Shown: positions 1 through 9,186, numbered from the stretch's first letter. The stretch is 32,000 nt of DNA from Promethearchaeum syntrophicum (GCF_008000775.2 NZ_CP042905.2:3600001-3632000); one strand, 5' to 3'. Numbers and translations are program-made. The notes: a model not told the origin generated them from the sequence alone.

Positions 1-27
1 CATCTGCTTCATCTTCAATTTTAAATC

Positions 28-1248
28 TCAATTTTCAATAAAAATGAAATCTTTTGCGGGAGGCACTAAAAATTTGCAGCCTTCTTTGGTCACTACAATA
101 TCTTCTTCTAAAGAAACCGTTCCAAAATTTTTGGTTTTAATACTAGGTTCTAACGTGTATACTTGATTCACTTCAAGCTTTCCTTTTGGAATATCTCCAT
201 ATCGTTCCCAGAGAGGTCCGATCAAAGTCCCTCCATCATGCGCTTCAGTTCCAACTTGATGACCAAGAGCATGTTTAAATTCTTCATACCCACGGGAAAA
301 AATATAAGTTCGAACTTTGGCATCGATTTCATAGGCAATAACTCCAGGTTTAATACTATCTGCAGCAATTTGAATGCCGGTTATGATCGTGTCAATTGCG
401 TGTCTTAATTCTTCAGGAACCTCATCTCTATTTCCAAAAAACCATAATCTCTGTATATCGGAACAATAACCTTGAAAATAAATACCAAAATCATTGTGCA
501 AAAGATGTCCTTTTTTGAGGATGCTAGTAGCTTGAGGTCCGACATGGCCAAATTCCTTATCAGGACCAGCATTAACTGCAGGACATTGTTCAATTTGCCA
601 AGAAGGTTCCAGATGTCTTTCTCTCATTTCTCTGTAGAATAATTCTTGAACTTCCGTTTCGGATAAGCCTACTTTGATATGGGATGTCAATTTTTGATTA
701 ATCTCTTCAGTAATTTCACAAGCTTTTTTGATAAGTTTGATTTCTGTCTCAGTTTTTCTGCCCCTTAATGCCCCAATTAAATGTTCAGCACTAATAAATC
801 GTTCTTTATAGTCACTTAACATTTTTTCAAGGATTAAATACATTCCATGGGATAAACCGTCAGCGGAGTATGAATTTGTGGAATAATCCAAAGCAATATT
901 TTTGGGGTTCATCTGACCAAGGATTTTCAATAGATGTTCTGACATCCCTTGTTCATAACCGATAACCTCATCCCACCATCCATTTTCTTTTTGGGCAAGT
1001 GCATCAAAATTTGCTACAATGGCAATTTTTTGAAAAGTATCTCCAATAGAACCAAAAATAAAAGCGGATTGAAGAACTACATCATTCCCAACAACGAATT
1101 TCATAATCGAATCAGGTGTTGTTGTAGTTTCCCGCGCGAATACTATCCAACAATGAATCCCGAATTCTTTCATCAATTCTGGGATTAGTTGATGTTTCTC
1201 GCGAATTATTTTTTTTTTATTATCAATGGATTGTTTAGAATTTCCCAT
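28..1248 (-). CDS. M24-family metallopeptidase (Xaa-Pro aminopeptidase / creatinase-like)
   Basis: 406-aa ORF with ATG start. The pita-bread metal-ligand pattern is readable: HNDFGIYFQGYCSDIQR (Asp, Asp), GHQVGTEAHDGG (His), YTLEPSI and SLEEDIVV (Glu, Glu). Confidence 0.8.
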   Translation of the reverse strand: MGNSKQSIDNKKKIIREKHQLIPELMKEFGIHCWIVFARETTTTPDSIMKFVVGNDVVLQSAFIFGSIGDTFQKIAIVANFDALAQKENGWWDEVIGYEQGMSEHLLKILGQMNPKNIALDYSTNSYSADGLSHGMYLILEKMLSDYKERFISAEHLIGALRGRKTETEIKLIKKACEITEEINQKLTSHIKVGLSETEVQELFYREMRERHLEPSWQIEQCPAVNAGPDKEFGHVGPQATSILKKGHLLHNDFGIYFQGYCSDIQRLWFFGNRDEVPEELRHAIDTIITGIQIAADSIKPGVIAYEIDAKVRTYIFSRGYEEFKHALGHQVGTEAHDGGTLIGPLWERYGDIPKGKLEVNQVYTLEPSIKTKNFGTVSLEEDIVVTKEGCKFLVPPAKDFIFIEN

Positions 1249-1363
1249 TACTATCTCACTAGTATATTATTTCTTTTTGATTATGAATCATCTGTTTTCT
1301 TAAAATAATGCCCACTTTTTTAGAGTTCTCTTCTATAATTTCTTTACAGATGATATACAATAA

Positions 1364-2014
1364 TCAAAGCAAGATTTTTCTTAAATCGGGTATCGTTTCT
1401 GCAATATAAGTGGGGTTTGCTTCTCTAAATTCCTCAATAGATCCATATCCATAAAGCACTCCTATTGAATCTAGTTGATTGACCTGAGCCCCGATGATGT
1501 CAAAACTTCGATCTCCAATCATAACACAATTATTTGGGTTAATATTAGGGTATTTTGTTAATATATATCCAATAATCTCTTTTTTTGCAGTTCGAGTTAA
1601 ATCAAGATTAGCTCCAACTATTTCTTCAAAATATTTATCGAGTTTATAATGTTTAAGAATATCAATAGCAAACGGGGTCGGTTTACTAGTCGCAATGAAA
1701 AGGAGAATATTTTGCTCTCCCAAATCGTGAATTAGCTCTTTGATCCCTTGATAAGGATGATTTTCTTCAATTCCACTCTTTTTATAATAAACACGGTAAA
1801 ATTCCACTGCTTCTCGTGCTTCAGATTCCGAAAGAGAATAAAAATTCTGAAAGGACTGATCTAGAGGGGGTCCAATGAACTTCTCAAAAGTTTCTGTTTT
1901 ACTATATTCTATCTTCATGCAATCCAATGCATATTTCACAGAATTTACAATCCCTATTAATGGATCAATGATCGTGCCATCAAGATCAAACAATGCTACA
2001 GAATATTGTTTCAA
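1364..2014 (-). CDS. HAD-IA superfamily hydrolase (phosphoglycolate phosphatase / PpaX-like)
   Basis: 216 aa. HAD motif I ALFDLDGTIIDP, motif II IATSK, motif IV MIGDRSFDIIGA. Confidence 0.8.
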   Translation of the reverse strand: MKQYSVALFDLDGTIIDPLIGIVNSVKYALDCMKIEYSKTETFEKFIGPPLDQSFQNFYSLSESEAREAVEFYRVYYKKSGIEENHPYQGIKELIHDLGEQNILLFIATSKPTPFAIDILKHYKLDKYFEEIVGANLDLTRTAKKEIIGYILTKYPNINPNNCVMIGDRSFDIIGAQVNQLDSIGVLYGYGSIEEFREANPTYIAETIPDLRKILL

Positions 2015-2100
2015 TGAAGTTCATTTTGATCCAATCTTTGAAATAAGAAAATCTTTTGGTTTTTAGAATGGAAAAAAATATGGGATTAAAATTAACGGAT

Positions 2101-3369
2101 TTATTCTTCAGCTGACGAGTTCTTTTTGTCGAGGTTCAATTTTTTGTAATTGAACGATAGAAACGGAATGAGAATAGCAAAGGTTGCTAATCCTAACATG
2201 AGCATCGTTGATAATAATGAATTTAATCCAAATATCCCTAAATGATCTAAACTATACCCTATCAACAATGCCATCCCCATATAGACCATATTCAATAAAA
2301 AGTTGATTATGGATAAGACTGTAGCGCGCCGATCCGAAGGGATATGATCATTTGCGTATTTATCGAGAATAGTCCAAGTATAATCTCGCGTGAAGAATAA
2401 GATAAAAAGGAAACCTAAACTAATATATTGAGTGATAATTACCATTAAGAAGAACATTACTCCAAAAATCACTGTGATCCCATAAAACGAGCCTTTTTCA
2501 CCAAATTTCTTCTCAATTTTATAGCGTAAAGGGGCGAAAAATCCAATCACTCCACGTGTAAAAGCAAATATGATCCCGAAATAAATAACCGGAATATTGA
2601 TTTCTACTAAGTATAATTGCTCCATTAAATTAACGAATAACATTGGAATCGTTAAGACTAATACCCAAAATATGGTAATAAATCGTACTATCTTATTTTT
2701 CCATACAAATCCTAAAGATTTGACAATTAGTTTGTATTGAGCGGCAATAGTTTTCGAACTTTCGGAAGGAATTGGTTCTTTCATGGTGAACACAATTGCA
2801 CTCGCAACAATCAAGGCAATTCCATGAGCGTAGAACGGTAATGTAATATGAATAGTATATAAAACGGACCCCAAAATTGCTGAAAGGATTAGCGCTACTG
2901 CAGTTATCACTTCTCTTTTTCCGGTGTATTTCAGATAGTCTTGTTCTTTATTCATTTGTTTTAAGGAATCATAAAATAATGCATTAACAGCCCCTGAAAT
3001 AAAAGAATCTCCAAATCCCATTAATATCATAGTAATTACAAACCCATTGAATGTAGAAAATACACCCATAAGGACCAAACTTAATCCCCATAAAAACATC
3101 CCTAACCCCGTAGAAAGCTTTCTACCAAAGATATCTGCAAATGCGCCACTCGGAATATCACTCAGAAATACGATTCCCGAGACTATGGCTTCTAATACAC
3201 CCATTTCAAAAAAATTTAAACCTCGTTCTTGGAAATAGATGATGCCGACAGGCATGGAGATCCATAAATTCCGGAAAAACATCGCGATGAAATATTTCGT
3301 TATGTTTTTTTCCATGGGATGTTTATTCATTTTTATACTCGTGCTAACAATTTCATCTGTATTGGTCAT
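2101..3369 (-). CDS. MFS-type transporter
   Basis: 422 aa with about 12 hydrophobic segments. A motif-A-like loop GAFADIFGRKLS follows the second TM segment. Confidence 0.75.
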   Translation of the reverse strand: MTNTDEIVSTSIKMNKHPMEKNITKYFIAMFFRNLWISMPVGIIYFQERGLNFFEMGVLEAIVSGIVFLSDIPSGAFADIFGRKLSTGLGMFLWGLSLVLMGVFSTFNGFVITMILMGFGDSFISGAVNALFYDSLKQMNKEQDYLKYTGKREVITAVALILSAILGSVLYTIHITLPFYAHGIALIVASAIVFTMKEPIPSESSKTIAAQYKLIVKSLGFVWKNKIVRFITIFWVLVLTIPMLFVNLMEQLYLVEINIPVIYFGIIFAFTRGVIGFFAPLRYKIEKKFGEKGSFYGITVIFGVMFFLMVIITQYISLGFLFILFFTRDYTWTILDKYANDHIPSDRRATVLSIINFLLNMVYMGMALLIGYSLDHLGIFGLNSLLSTMLMLGLATFAILIPFLSFNYKKLNLDKKNSSAEE

Positions 3370-3422
3370 TTTATGTCAACTGTGGGTATGGTTAAGATAA
3401 ATATCCCAATTTTTCTTTCAAT

Positions 3423-4103
3423 TCAAGTCTTTGCAATTATATATCTTAAATTATGAATATGTTCTCCATATTTTCCATGATTTTCCTTTTCTTCTAGTAG
3501 ACCAAATTCTAAAATTGTAAACTCCTGAAACTGTGTTTTTAAATCTGTCTCGGAATAATAATGGATAGGGTGCCCTGGTTCACTCTCAAAGGTATTGGGT
3601 TCAATCTCCTTCCCTTTCCCAAAAGTGGCTTCTTTATCGGAAAATACCACAAAAAAGAGAATCGCATGTGGGTTAACAATATCTGCACAAATTTTTAATA
3701 CGTTATGACGATTTTTTTCAGTAAATAGATGCAGAACATTTAAACAATAGATTGCATCATATTTTTGGGTTATTAAAGGAAGATCATAAATGGACCCAAG
3801 CCTAATGTCAGATTTTGGATCAAATATTTGCGCTAAATCATACGCAATTTCTGAATTCTCAATTCCCGCTGTTTTAATACCATTTGAAGAGAAAAGTTTC
3901 GTATTCCTCCCATAGCTTGCACCTGGAACGAACACTGACTTAATATTATGCTTTTTGAAATATTCCAGAGCAATTTGAGCAGTCATACTTGGTTTTTCTC
4001 CCCAAACTTGACCCTCTTCAGAAAATCGGTTATTCCAATATTCTTCCATACGCCACCTAATGAATAATTCCAAAAATTCCTTTCTTAATTCTAAATTTTC
4101 CAA
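3423..4103 (-). CDS. Class I SAM-dependent methyltransferase
   Basis: Motif I-like VFVPGASYGRNT and motif IV-like YDAIYCLNVLHLF. The ORF-track start 4103 is a TTG; the first ATG is at 4049 (MEEYWNNRF...) and may be the real start. Confidence 0.7.
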   Translation of the reverse strand: MENLELRKEFLELFIRWRMEEYWNNRFSEEGQVWGEKPSMTAQIALEYFKKHNIKSVFVPGASYGRNTKLFSSNGIKTAGIENSEIAYDLAQIFDPKSDIRLGSIYDLPLITQKYDAIYCLNVLHLFTEKNRHNVLKICADIVNPHAILFFVVFSDKEATFGKGKEIEPNTFESEPGHPIHYYSETDLKTQFQEFTILEFGLLEEKENHGKYGEHIHNLRYIIAKT

Positions 4104-4135
4104 AAAACCAAAAAAAAAATACTATGATTTCAACT

Positions 4136-5326
4136 TCAACACGACTTTAAATCTTCGTTATTAATAAACGCAATCGCAGAATCTTTAGCAACATCCTTTT
4201 GGAGCATTTTAAACGCGTTTTTTGAAGAAGAAAATGTTTTTGCATTATATTTTTGCACTAATTCCAAAATTTCATCATCATAAATGCGAACGAATACCTC
4301 GATATTTGGGAAACGTAAAAAGAATTTCGAGGTTAAATAAAGCGCTTCATCAAACTCAGTATCCCGTACCCAACAAATAAACACCTGAGTCACTTCATTC
4401 AAATTCACATGAGGCCTTATATCACTTAAATAACACGTGAATTCATTGATTATATGCAATTGAGAATTTTCAACAAACTCAATCCCTTCATTTTCATCAT
4501 CAAAAAGGAAAACCTCGCGACCAGCTTGAAGAGAAATATCATGAGCAATTCGATGAGTTAAATAATCTCGACCAATTACAATAGCATTCCCCGTTTTATT
4601 CTCAATCCAGTTTTTAATACCATTCATCGCCCATTCAGATGTAGAAAACGAATAAGCATTAAGGGGATCTCGAGCCAGATATTCCTGTACATGATCACCA
4701 AATGCTCTGACATAAATTCGACATTTTTTATTTAGACATCGTATCTTTTCAGTGCAAATAATCGCCACTCTACAATCGTTAATACAAATAAACACTTCCT
4801 TTGCGTGCTTGATATTTGCTAATTCCAGATTCGATTCATCTGTAGGATCCCCCACAATTACGGGTTCTCCAACATTTATAAGATCCTCGACTAATTCTTC
4901 ATCATCTTCGATAACACAGAATGATTTCTTATTATTATCACAAAATTCTATGATTCTCTCACTAAGATGTCCGAATCCTATAATTACAGCATGGTTCGTT
5001 TTTGTTCCTGCAAGAATTTTACTCGTAATCACGGGATTATACCTTTCTAATAATTCAACCATCACGAACCCAAACACAATCACTTCCAGCAATATAGGCC
5101 ATACTAACGCATAAAAATTCGCAAAATCCCCCGCATTTCCTTGTGTTCTTACTGTCCATGATAATAAGAAAATATGCCAGAGATCTTGTCCAGATTCAGT
5201 AATCAGGAAGAAAATAAAACCGACCAACCAAAATAAGAAAAGAAATAGAAATTGCAGCATATATTTCTTTAACTTAAGATGAAATCCAATTAATACAGTT
5301 CCAATGGTCATAAGATTTGATAACAA
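4136..5326 (-). CDS. 2-TM pore-like domain fused to tandem RCK/TrkA-N domains (MthK-like channel homologue with atypical filter)
   Basis: N-terminal M1 / pore-helix-like / M2 arrangement, then Rossmann-like AVIIGFGHLSERIIEF...VIEDD and a second AIVIGRDYLTHRIA...FDDE. The track start is TTG; the first ATG is at 5311 (MTIGTV...). Confidence 0.65.
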   Translation of the reverse strand: MLSNLMTIGTVLIGFHLKLKKYMLQFLFLFLFWLVGFIFFLITESGQDLWHIFLLSWTVRTQGNAGDFANFYALVWPILLEVIVFGFVMVELLERYNPVITSKILAGTKTNHAVIIGFGHLSERIIEFCDNNKKSFCVIEDDEELVEDLINVGEPVIVGDPTDESNLELANIKHAKEVFICINDCRVAIICTEKIRCLNKKCRIYVRAFGDHVQEYLARDPLNAYSFSTSEWAMNGIKNWIENKTGNAIVIGRDYLTHRIAHDISLQAGREVFLFDDENEGIEFVENSQLHIINEFTCYLSDIRPHVNLNEVTQVFICWVRDTEFDEALYLTSKFFLRFPNIEVFVRIYDDEILELVQKYNAKTFSSSKNAFKMLQKDVAKDSAIAFINNEDLKSC

Positions 5327-6454
5327 AAATCACAATAAAAAGGATATGATCTAACTTTTTGGAATCACCTGAGATCGAAAGTTCCAGTGATACTTCTGAA
5401 AACCATAGAAAACATTTAAGTAGTCAATTTTTATAGGATATTTATGAAAGAATTAAAAAAAACAAAAATCATTGGGTTTTTTGGTTATATTTTCTCTTTC
5501 TTATTTCATTCTCATCCTGTTGTGATTGTTGCTAACGCTGGTTTGCCGAAAAAGAAAGAAAAAAAGGATGCAAGTGAAAAGAAATAAATTTCAATTGTTG
5601 AAAATAACTCTAATTAATTAATTCTTCTATTTCTAAGCGATTTTCACGTTTCTCTTACAAAAATTTTATTATATATAAAAATCGGGAGAATTGAAAGAAC
5701 CCAAAATAAAGAGAATTAGTATCAGCAGTACTGCTAAAGTGAAGAATATTGATGAGATTCTTTGTTTAAATTTATTTTTTTTTACTTCATTTTTAAATAA
5801 ATGAATTCTCATTTTGTACATGTATATTAGAAACAAGAATTAAAAAACTTCTCTAAGCAATGCTATCTTTTCTCCGATTTAGAAGTCATGTATGAGAGTG
5901 AATGAAATTGAAAGAGTGATGATGAATTGAACCTCAATCCCTCCTTCATTTTTTGATCTTCATCTGAATCTATCAATGAAATAAATAAGAGTAAAAATGG
6001 GATCGAGTAGAACCATAATTTTGAGATAAAAATACCCAGCAGAATGAATGTTAGGATGAAAAAAATTAACAAGTAATTGAATACCTTAGCATACGCTTTT
6101 CTATTCCCATAGTATTACCATGGTAATTCACCTTTTAAAATGCATTTAGAGTCAATAATGTCGTCACCGCTTAAAATGGTTATCTATCCCAAGTTAAAAT
6201 TCTTCTCCTTTGTTCTATAGTGAGTTCGGATACTTTTTCGTTGAGAAGCATCAATCAATTAAAAATAAAAAGATAATTAGGAAACAATTATCAATATTAT
6301 ATGAAAAAAAAAACATGAAGTGACAAATTAATCTTCGTTATTCACGCCTCCACGTTTATTAATTCCTCTTCAGTGAGATATATCGGAAAAATGTTTTCAA
6401 GTCTTTTTTAAGAAAATAACCGAGATGATTTTGTCACCTCATGAAAAAAAAAAA

Positions 6455-6542
6455 TTCCTCATCAATATCTATTGGGGTTTTTGCCAATTTTATGAAATTT
6501 ATCTTCAATGCCCAAGCTTTAATCGCACTTTTACTTTTTCTG
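6455..6542 (-). pseudogene. Displaced, frameshifted copy of the 3' end of the Hsp20 gene
   Basis: About 85% identical to 7403..7491. It translates (with one frameshift) as KVRLKLG/ALKINFIKLAKTPIDIDEEF, versus the Hsp20 C-terminus KARLKLGVLKVNFTKLPKTTIDIDEE. Confidence 0.7.
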
Positions 6543-7013
6543 AAACAATAATTTCATTTTTTCCTTAAAATTAGTCTCTAATGGATTAATAATCGGAATA
6601 GATCCCAAATCATATTTAAAATCACTATCCGTAGTTATAAATGCATCTACATTCGATTGAATTGCAGTCGTCCCATGAATAGCATCGGCAGCATATAAAT
6701 TATATGTGAAAATTAACTCCCTTGCAGCTATTATTGATTTAAATACTACCGGTTTTAATTGGATTTTATCATCTTGAACCATTTGACCGATTTCCACTAA
6801 GAAGAAGTCAAGAACTAAATTGGCGTCTTTTTCTTTTATTATTCCTAGATTAACTTGCTTCTTTAATGCTCGAAACATTTCCACTACAGCCCATTCGCAA
6901 GTTACTCCTTGAATTTCTGTAGATAAATTTTCAAACAACCAATCTATTATGGAACCTTTTTCAACGGGGCAGTAAGCATGATAAAAAATGTTTGTATCTA
7001 AATAAAATTGCAT
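6531..7013 (-). CDS. vapC: PIN-domain ribonuclease toxin VapC
   Basis: 160 aa. N-terminal YLDTNIF acidic motif and distal ITTDSDF. It lies immediately downstream of, and overlaps by 1 nt, an RHH antitoxin gene. Confidence 0.85.
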   Translation of the reverse strand: MQFYLDTNIFYHAYCPVEKGSIIDWLFENLSTEIQGVTCEWAVVEMFRALKKQVNLGIIKEKDANLVLDFFLVEIGQMVQDDKIQLKPVVFKSIIAARELIFTYNLYAADAIHGTTAIQSNVDAFITTDSDFKYDLGSIPIINPLETNFKEKMKLLFQKK

Positions 7014-7249
7014 TATTCTTCCTCTCTAACAGATCTAATTGCTTGAGTTCCTGTTTGAAAATCTTTTTTCTGTTGCGTTTTTAGGTAATTTCTTAAATCT
7101 ACTTTTGATTTGAACCCAAGTTTATTTAGAATGAAAGAATATATCCCTCCACGAATCGCCTCGCTGCGATTCTTTATATAGCCCTTTTTAATAAGTTGAT
7201 CAAGCCATTCAACCAGCTCATCATCTACTGAAACGGAAATATTTGTCAT
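7013..7249 (-). CDS. vapB: Ribbon-helix-helix (CopG/MetJ-type) antitoxin VapB
   Basis: 78 aa. ISVSVDDELVEWLDQLIKKGYIKNRSEAIRGGI matches the RHH beta-strand/helix/helix pattern. Operonic with vapC. Confidence 0.8.
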   Translation of the reverse strand: MTNISVSVDDELVEWLDQLIKKGYIKNRSEAIRGGIYSFILNKLGFKSKVDLRNYLKTQQKKDFQTGTQAIRSVREEE

Positions 7250-7399
7250 AAAATCACTTTTAATACTTAATTAATATTAAGAAAATTATATTATTAAAAT
7301 AGTACTATTTTCTATTTCATGAATTATGATGATGATTGGTGCATAGAAATGAATGAAAATGGTTGAAAAAATAACTTGCTTAAATATAAAAGAAAAAAA

Positions 7400-7846
7400 T
7401 TATTCCTCATCAATATCTATTGTCGTTTTTGGCAATTTTGTGAAATTTACCTTCAAGACCCCCAGCTTTAATCGCGCTTTGACTTTCTCTGGATCGATCG
7501 CGGATTGGACTGCAATTTTCACACTTACTGGTCGATTTAAGATCCAACTTGCTTGCTTTTCAAGCTTAATTGGTTGATCTACGCCCCCTTCAATTGGTTG
7601 TTGTTCTTTCTTTGCTTCAATTAAAATTTCACTTCCTCTAACTGAAACTTCAATGTCTTTTACTTCTAAACCTGGTAATGGCATCGTCACTATGTATTCA
7701 GTTTTTGTCTCTTCTAAATCATAAGGCATATAATTCTGCCATTTACCCATCATCATATGCATAAAGTTGGGATCGAATTTTGGACCACACGCCCCCCCAG
7801 CAAAATGCATTCCTCCCCGATGAGGATTATAGTTGCTCTTTGTCAT
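7400..7846 (-). CDS. Small heat-shock protein, Hsp20/alpha-crystallin family
   Basis: 148 aa. Alpha-crystallin domain core PYDLEETKTEYIVTMPLPGLEVKDIEVSVRGSEILIEAK and C-terminal ARLKLGVLKVNF strand. Confidence 0.85.
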   Translation of the reverse strand: MTKSNYNPHRGGMHFAGGACGPKFDPNFMHMMMGKWQNYMPYDLEETKTEYIVTMPLPGLEVKDIEVSVRGSEILIEAKKEQQPIEGGVDQPIKLEKQASWILNRPVSVKIAVQSAIDPEKVKARLKLGVLKVNFTKLPKTTIDIDEE

Positions 7847-7914
7847 TTATTGGTTTCTCCATCTATTTTCATTTATTAATATTTTTTTTTTTTTATTTTT
7901 ATATGGGTATTGTT

Positions 7915-8136
7915 TCAATAAAAAAATGGGTATCTCTTCTTCTTTTGCTCCAGATGTTCTTGTTTGTGGTCAAAATATTTAAAATCTATTTGATCTGCGA
8001 TGCCTGAACGCCCTTCTACTTGTTTTTCCAGTGATGACTCTTTTGGATTTTGAATGTTCATCACCAATAAATCTTCGGTCATCACCAATGGTTGTTTATA
8101 GACAGGTGTCCACGCAGGACTTTGTATTTGCGACAT
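7915..8136 (-). CDS. Hypothetical small protein (73 aa) upstream of hsp20
   Basis: ATG-initiated ORF co-directional with hsp20 and preceded by SD-like GGAG at a 5-nt spacing. No recognisable domain. Confidence 0.35.
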   Translation of the reverse strand: MSQIQSPAWTPVYKQPLVMTEDLLVMNIQNPKESSLEKQVEGRSGIADQIDFKYFDHKQEHLEQKKKRYPFFY

Positions 8137-8141
8137 AATTA

Positions 8142-8175
8142 CTCCTATTTTCTCCTTTTTACTCCTTTTTACTCC
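8142..8175 (-). promoter_or_regulatory. Four SD-like GGAG motifs at exact 10-nt spacing in the 5' leader of the 73-aa ORF
   Basis: Plus-strand CTCC at 8142, 8152, 8162 and 8172. The minus strand reads GGAGtaaaaaGGAGtaaaaaGGAGaaaataGGAGtaattATG. Confidence 0.4.
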
Positions 8176-8258
8176 GTTTTTTATGGTTTGTTTAGGTTAG
8201 TTCTGGTAGGTTGTTTTTATTTCTTGTTTATCTTAGTTATTTCACTTAATCTTCACTT

Positions 8259-8292
8259 AAAAAAAAAAGAAATCTGCAATTTCGTGCAGATT
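8259..8292 (-). terminator. Hairpin plus T10 terminator directly after the PadR-family gene
   Basis: Perfect 8-bp inverted repeat AATCTGCA (8271-8278) / TGCAGATT (8285-8292) with a 6-nt loop. On the minus strand it is followed by a 10-T run (8259-8268). Confidence 0.6.
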
Positions 8293-8905
8293 ATTCTTCC
8301 TCAATTTTAATTTTTGTCCAATTCCTCTTTTCATTTTCACACTCCTTAGTCTTGGTGGCGATTAACTCAATCTGTTTATCAAGATTTTCCATTTGCTTAT
8401 TAAACCGCTCAGTTAAATTGATTTTTTCTTGTTCTAAACGTTTCTTCATTCTTTCAAGATTTTCCATTGATTGGGAAATGTTCGAAAAACTACAGAATTC
8501 ATTGGAAGAAAGAAAATCATCCAGAAACCCATAGTCTGAGAAATTCCAAAATTCAGAAAAATCTAATTGCTGTAAAAAAGGTAGGGGTTTAATGAGCGTT
8601 TTAAAGAGCTTCGGTAGAAATTCGATGCTATCGTGAATAATTTTTGGACTATTTTCGGTCAATCGTTGTTTTCCTTGGTCGGTTATAGTATATATTTTGG
8701 AATTCTCAGAGATATCACCGGATTCATTAAGTTTCTTCAGTTTTGGGTAGAGCGTCCCAGGTGAAATGTTTGATATTGGGAAATACACTTTAAATTTGTT
8801 CACTAATGCATACCCAGTTAATCCTTCTGGATTTTGTTCTAAGATTGAAAGTATAATTAAGTCCAATGCTTTTCGTGGGATCATTATTTTCCTTTCCTTT
8901 TTCAT
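8291..8905 (-). CDS. PadR-family winged-helix transcriptional regulator with C-terminal coiled-coil extension
   Basis: N-terminal LDLIILSILEQNPEGLTGYALVNKF...ISPGTLYPKLKKLNESGDI fits the PadR wHTH pattern. The C-terminal half is coiled-coil-like (MENLERMKKRLEQEKINLTERFNKQMENLDKQIE). Confidence 0.75.
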   Translation of the reverse strand: MKKERKIMIPRKALDLIILSILEQNPEGLTGYALVNKFKVYFPISNISPGTLYPKLKKLNESGDISENSKIYTITDQGKQRLTENSPKIIHDSIEFLPKLFKTLIKPLPFLQQLDFSEFWNFSDYGFLDDFLSSNEFCSFSNISQSMENLERMKKRLEQEKINLTERFNKQMENLDKQIELIATKTKECENEKRNWTKIKIEEE

Positions 8906-8958
8906 GGGTTTTTTTGAGATTTTGGGAATTTGAAAATCGTAAATTAGGAAATTTAGTA

Positions 8959-8970
8959 TTCGAATTCGAA
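8959..8970. promoter_or_regulatory. Perfect 12-bp palindrome TTCGAATTCGAA upstream of the PadR-family gene (candidate operator)
   Basis: Lies 54 nt upstream of the PadR start. A related inverted repeat TTCGAataaTCGAA is at 9031-9044. Confidence 0.4.
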
Positions 8971-9186
8971 TCTCTAATAATTTTTAAAACCTAAAATAAT
9001 TATGACAGCGCCATTATTTAAATGTTCGGTTTCGAATAATCGAATTGAAAATGAATTTATTAAATGAAAGAAGAGAAGCCAAAAATCCAAATTCGTTTAA
9101 AATTTTAGAGATTTTTGATCTTGGGATAAATTTTCTATCTTTATGGATTGGAATTAAAAAAAATTAAATAAAAGTATTAGTATTGA

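Noticed and set aside
1259-1366. 34 sense codons remain open after the TGA stop of the HAD hydrolase gene, a possible Sec or read-through extension
   Set aside because: The HAD fold is complete before the TGA. The extension (LLYIICKEIIEENSKKVGIILRKQMIHNQKEIIY) has no redox or conserved motif, and the TGA does not replace a Cys.
6325-6345. 13-nt identity (AATCTTCGTTATT) with the 3' end of the RCK channel gene (4150-4165), considered as another displaced gene-end remnant
   Set aside because: A 13-mer match is expected by chance in a 32-kb AT-rich window. Flanking sequence and translation do not extend the similarity.
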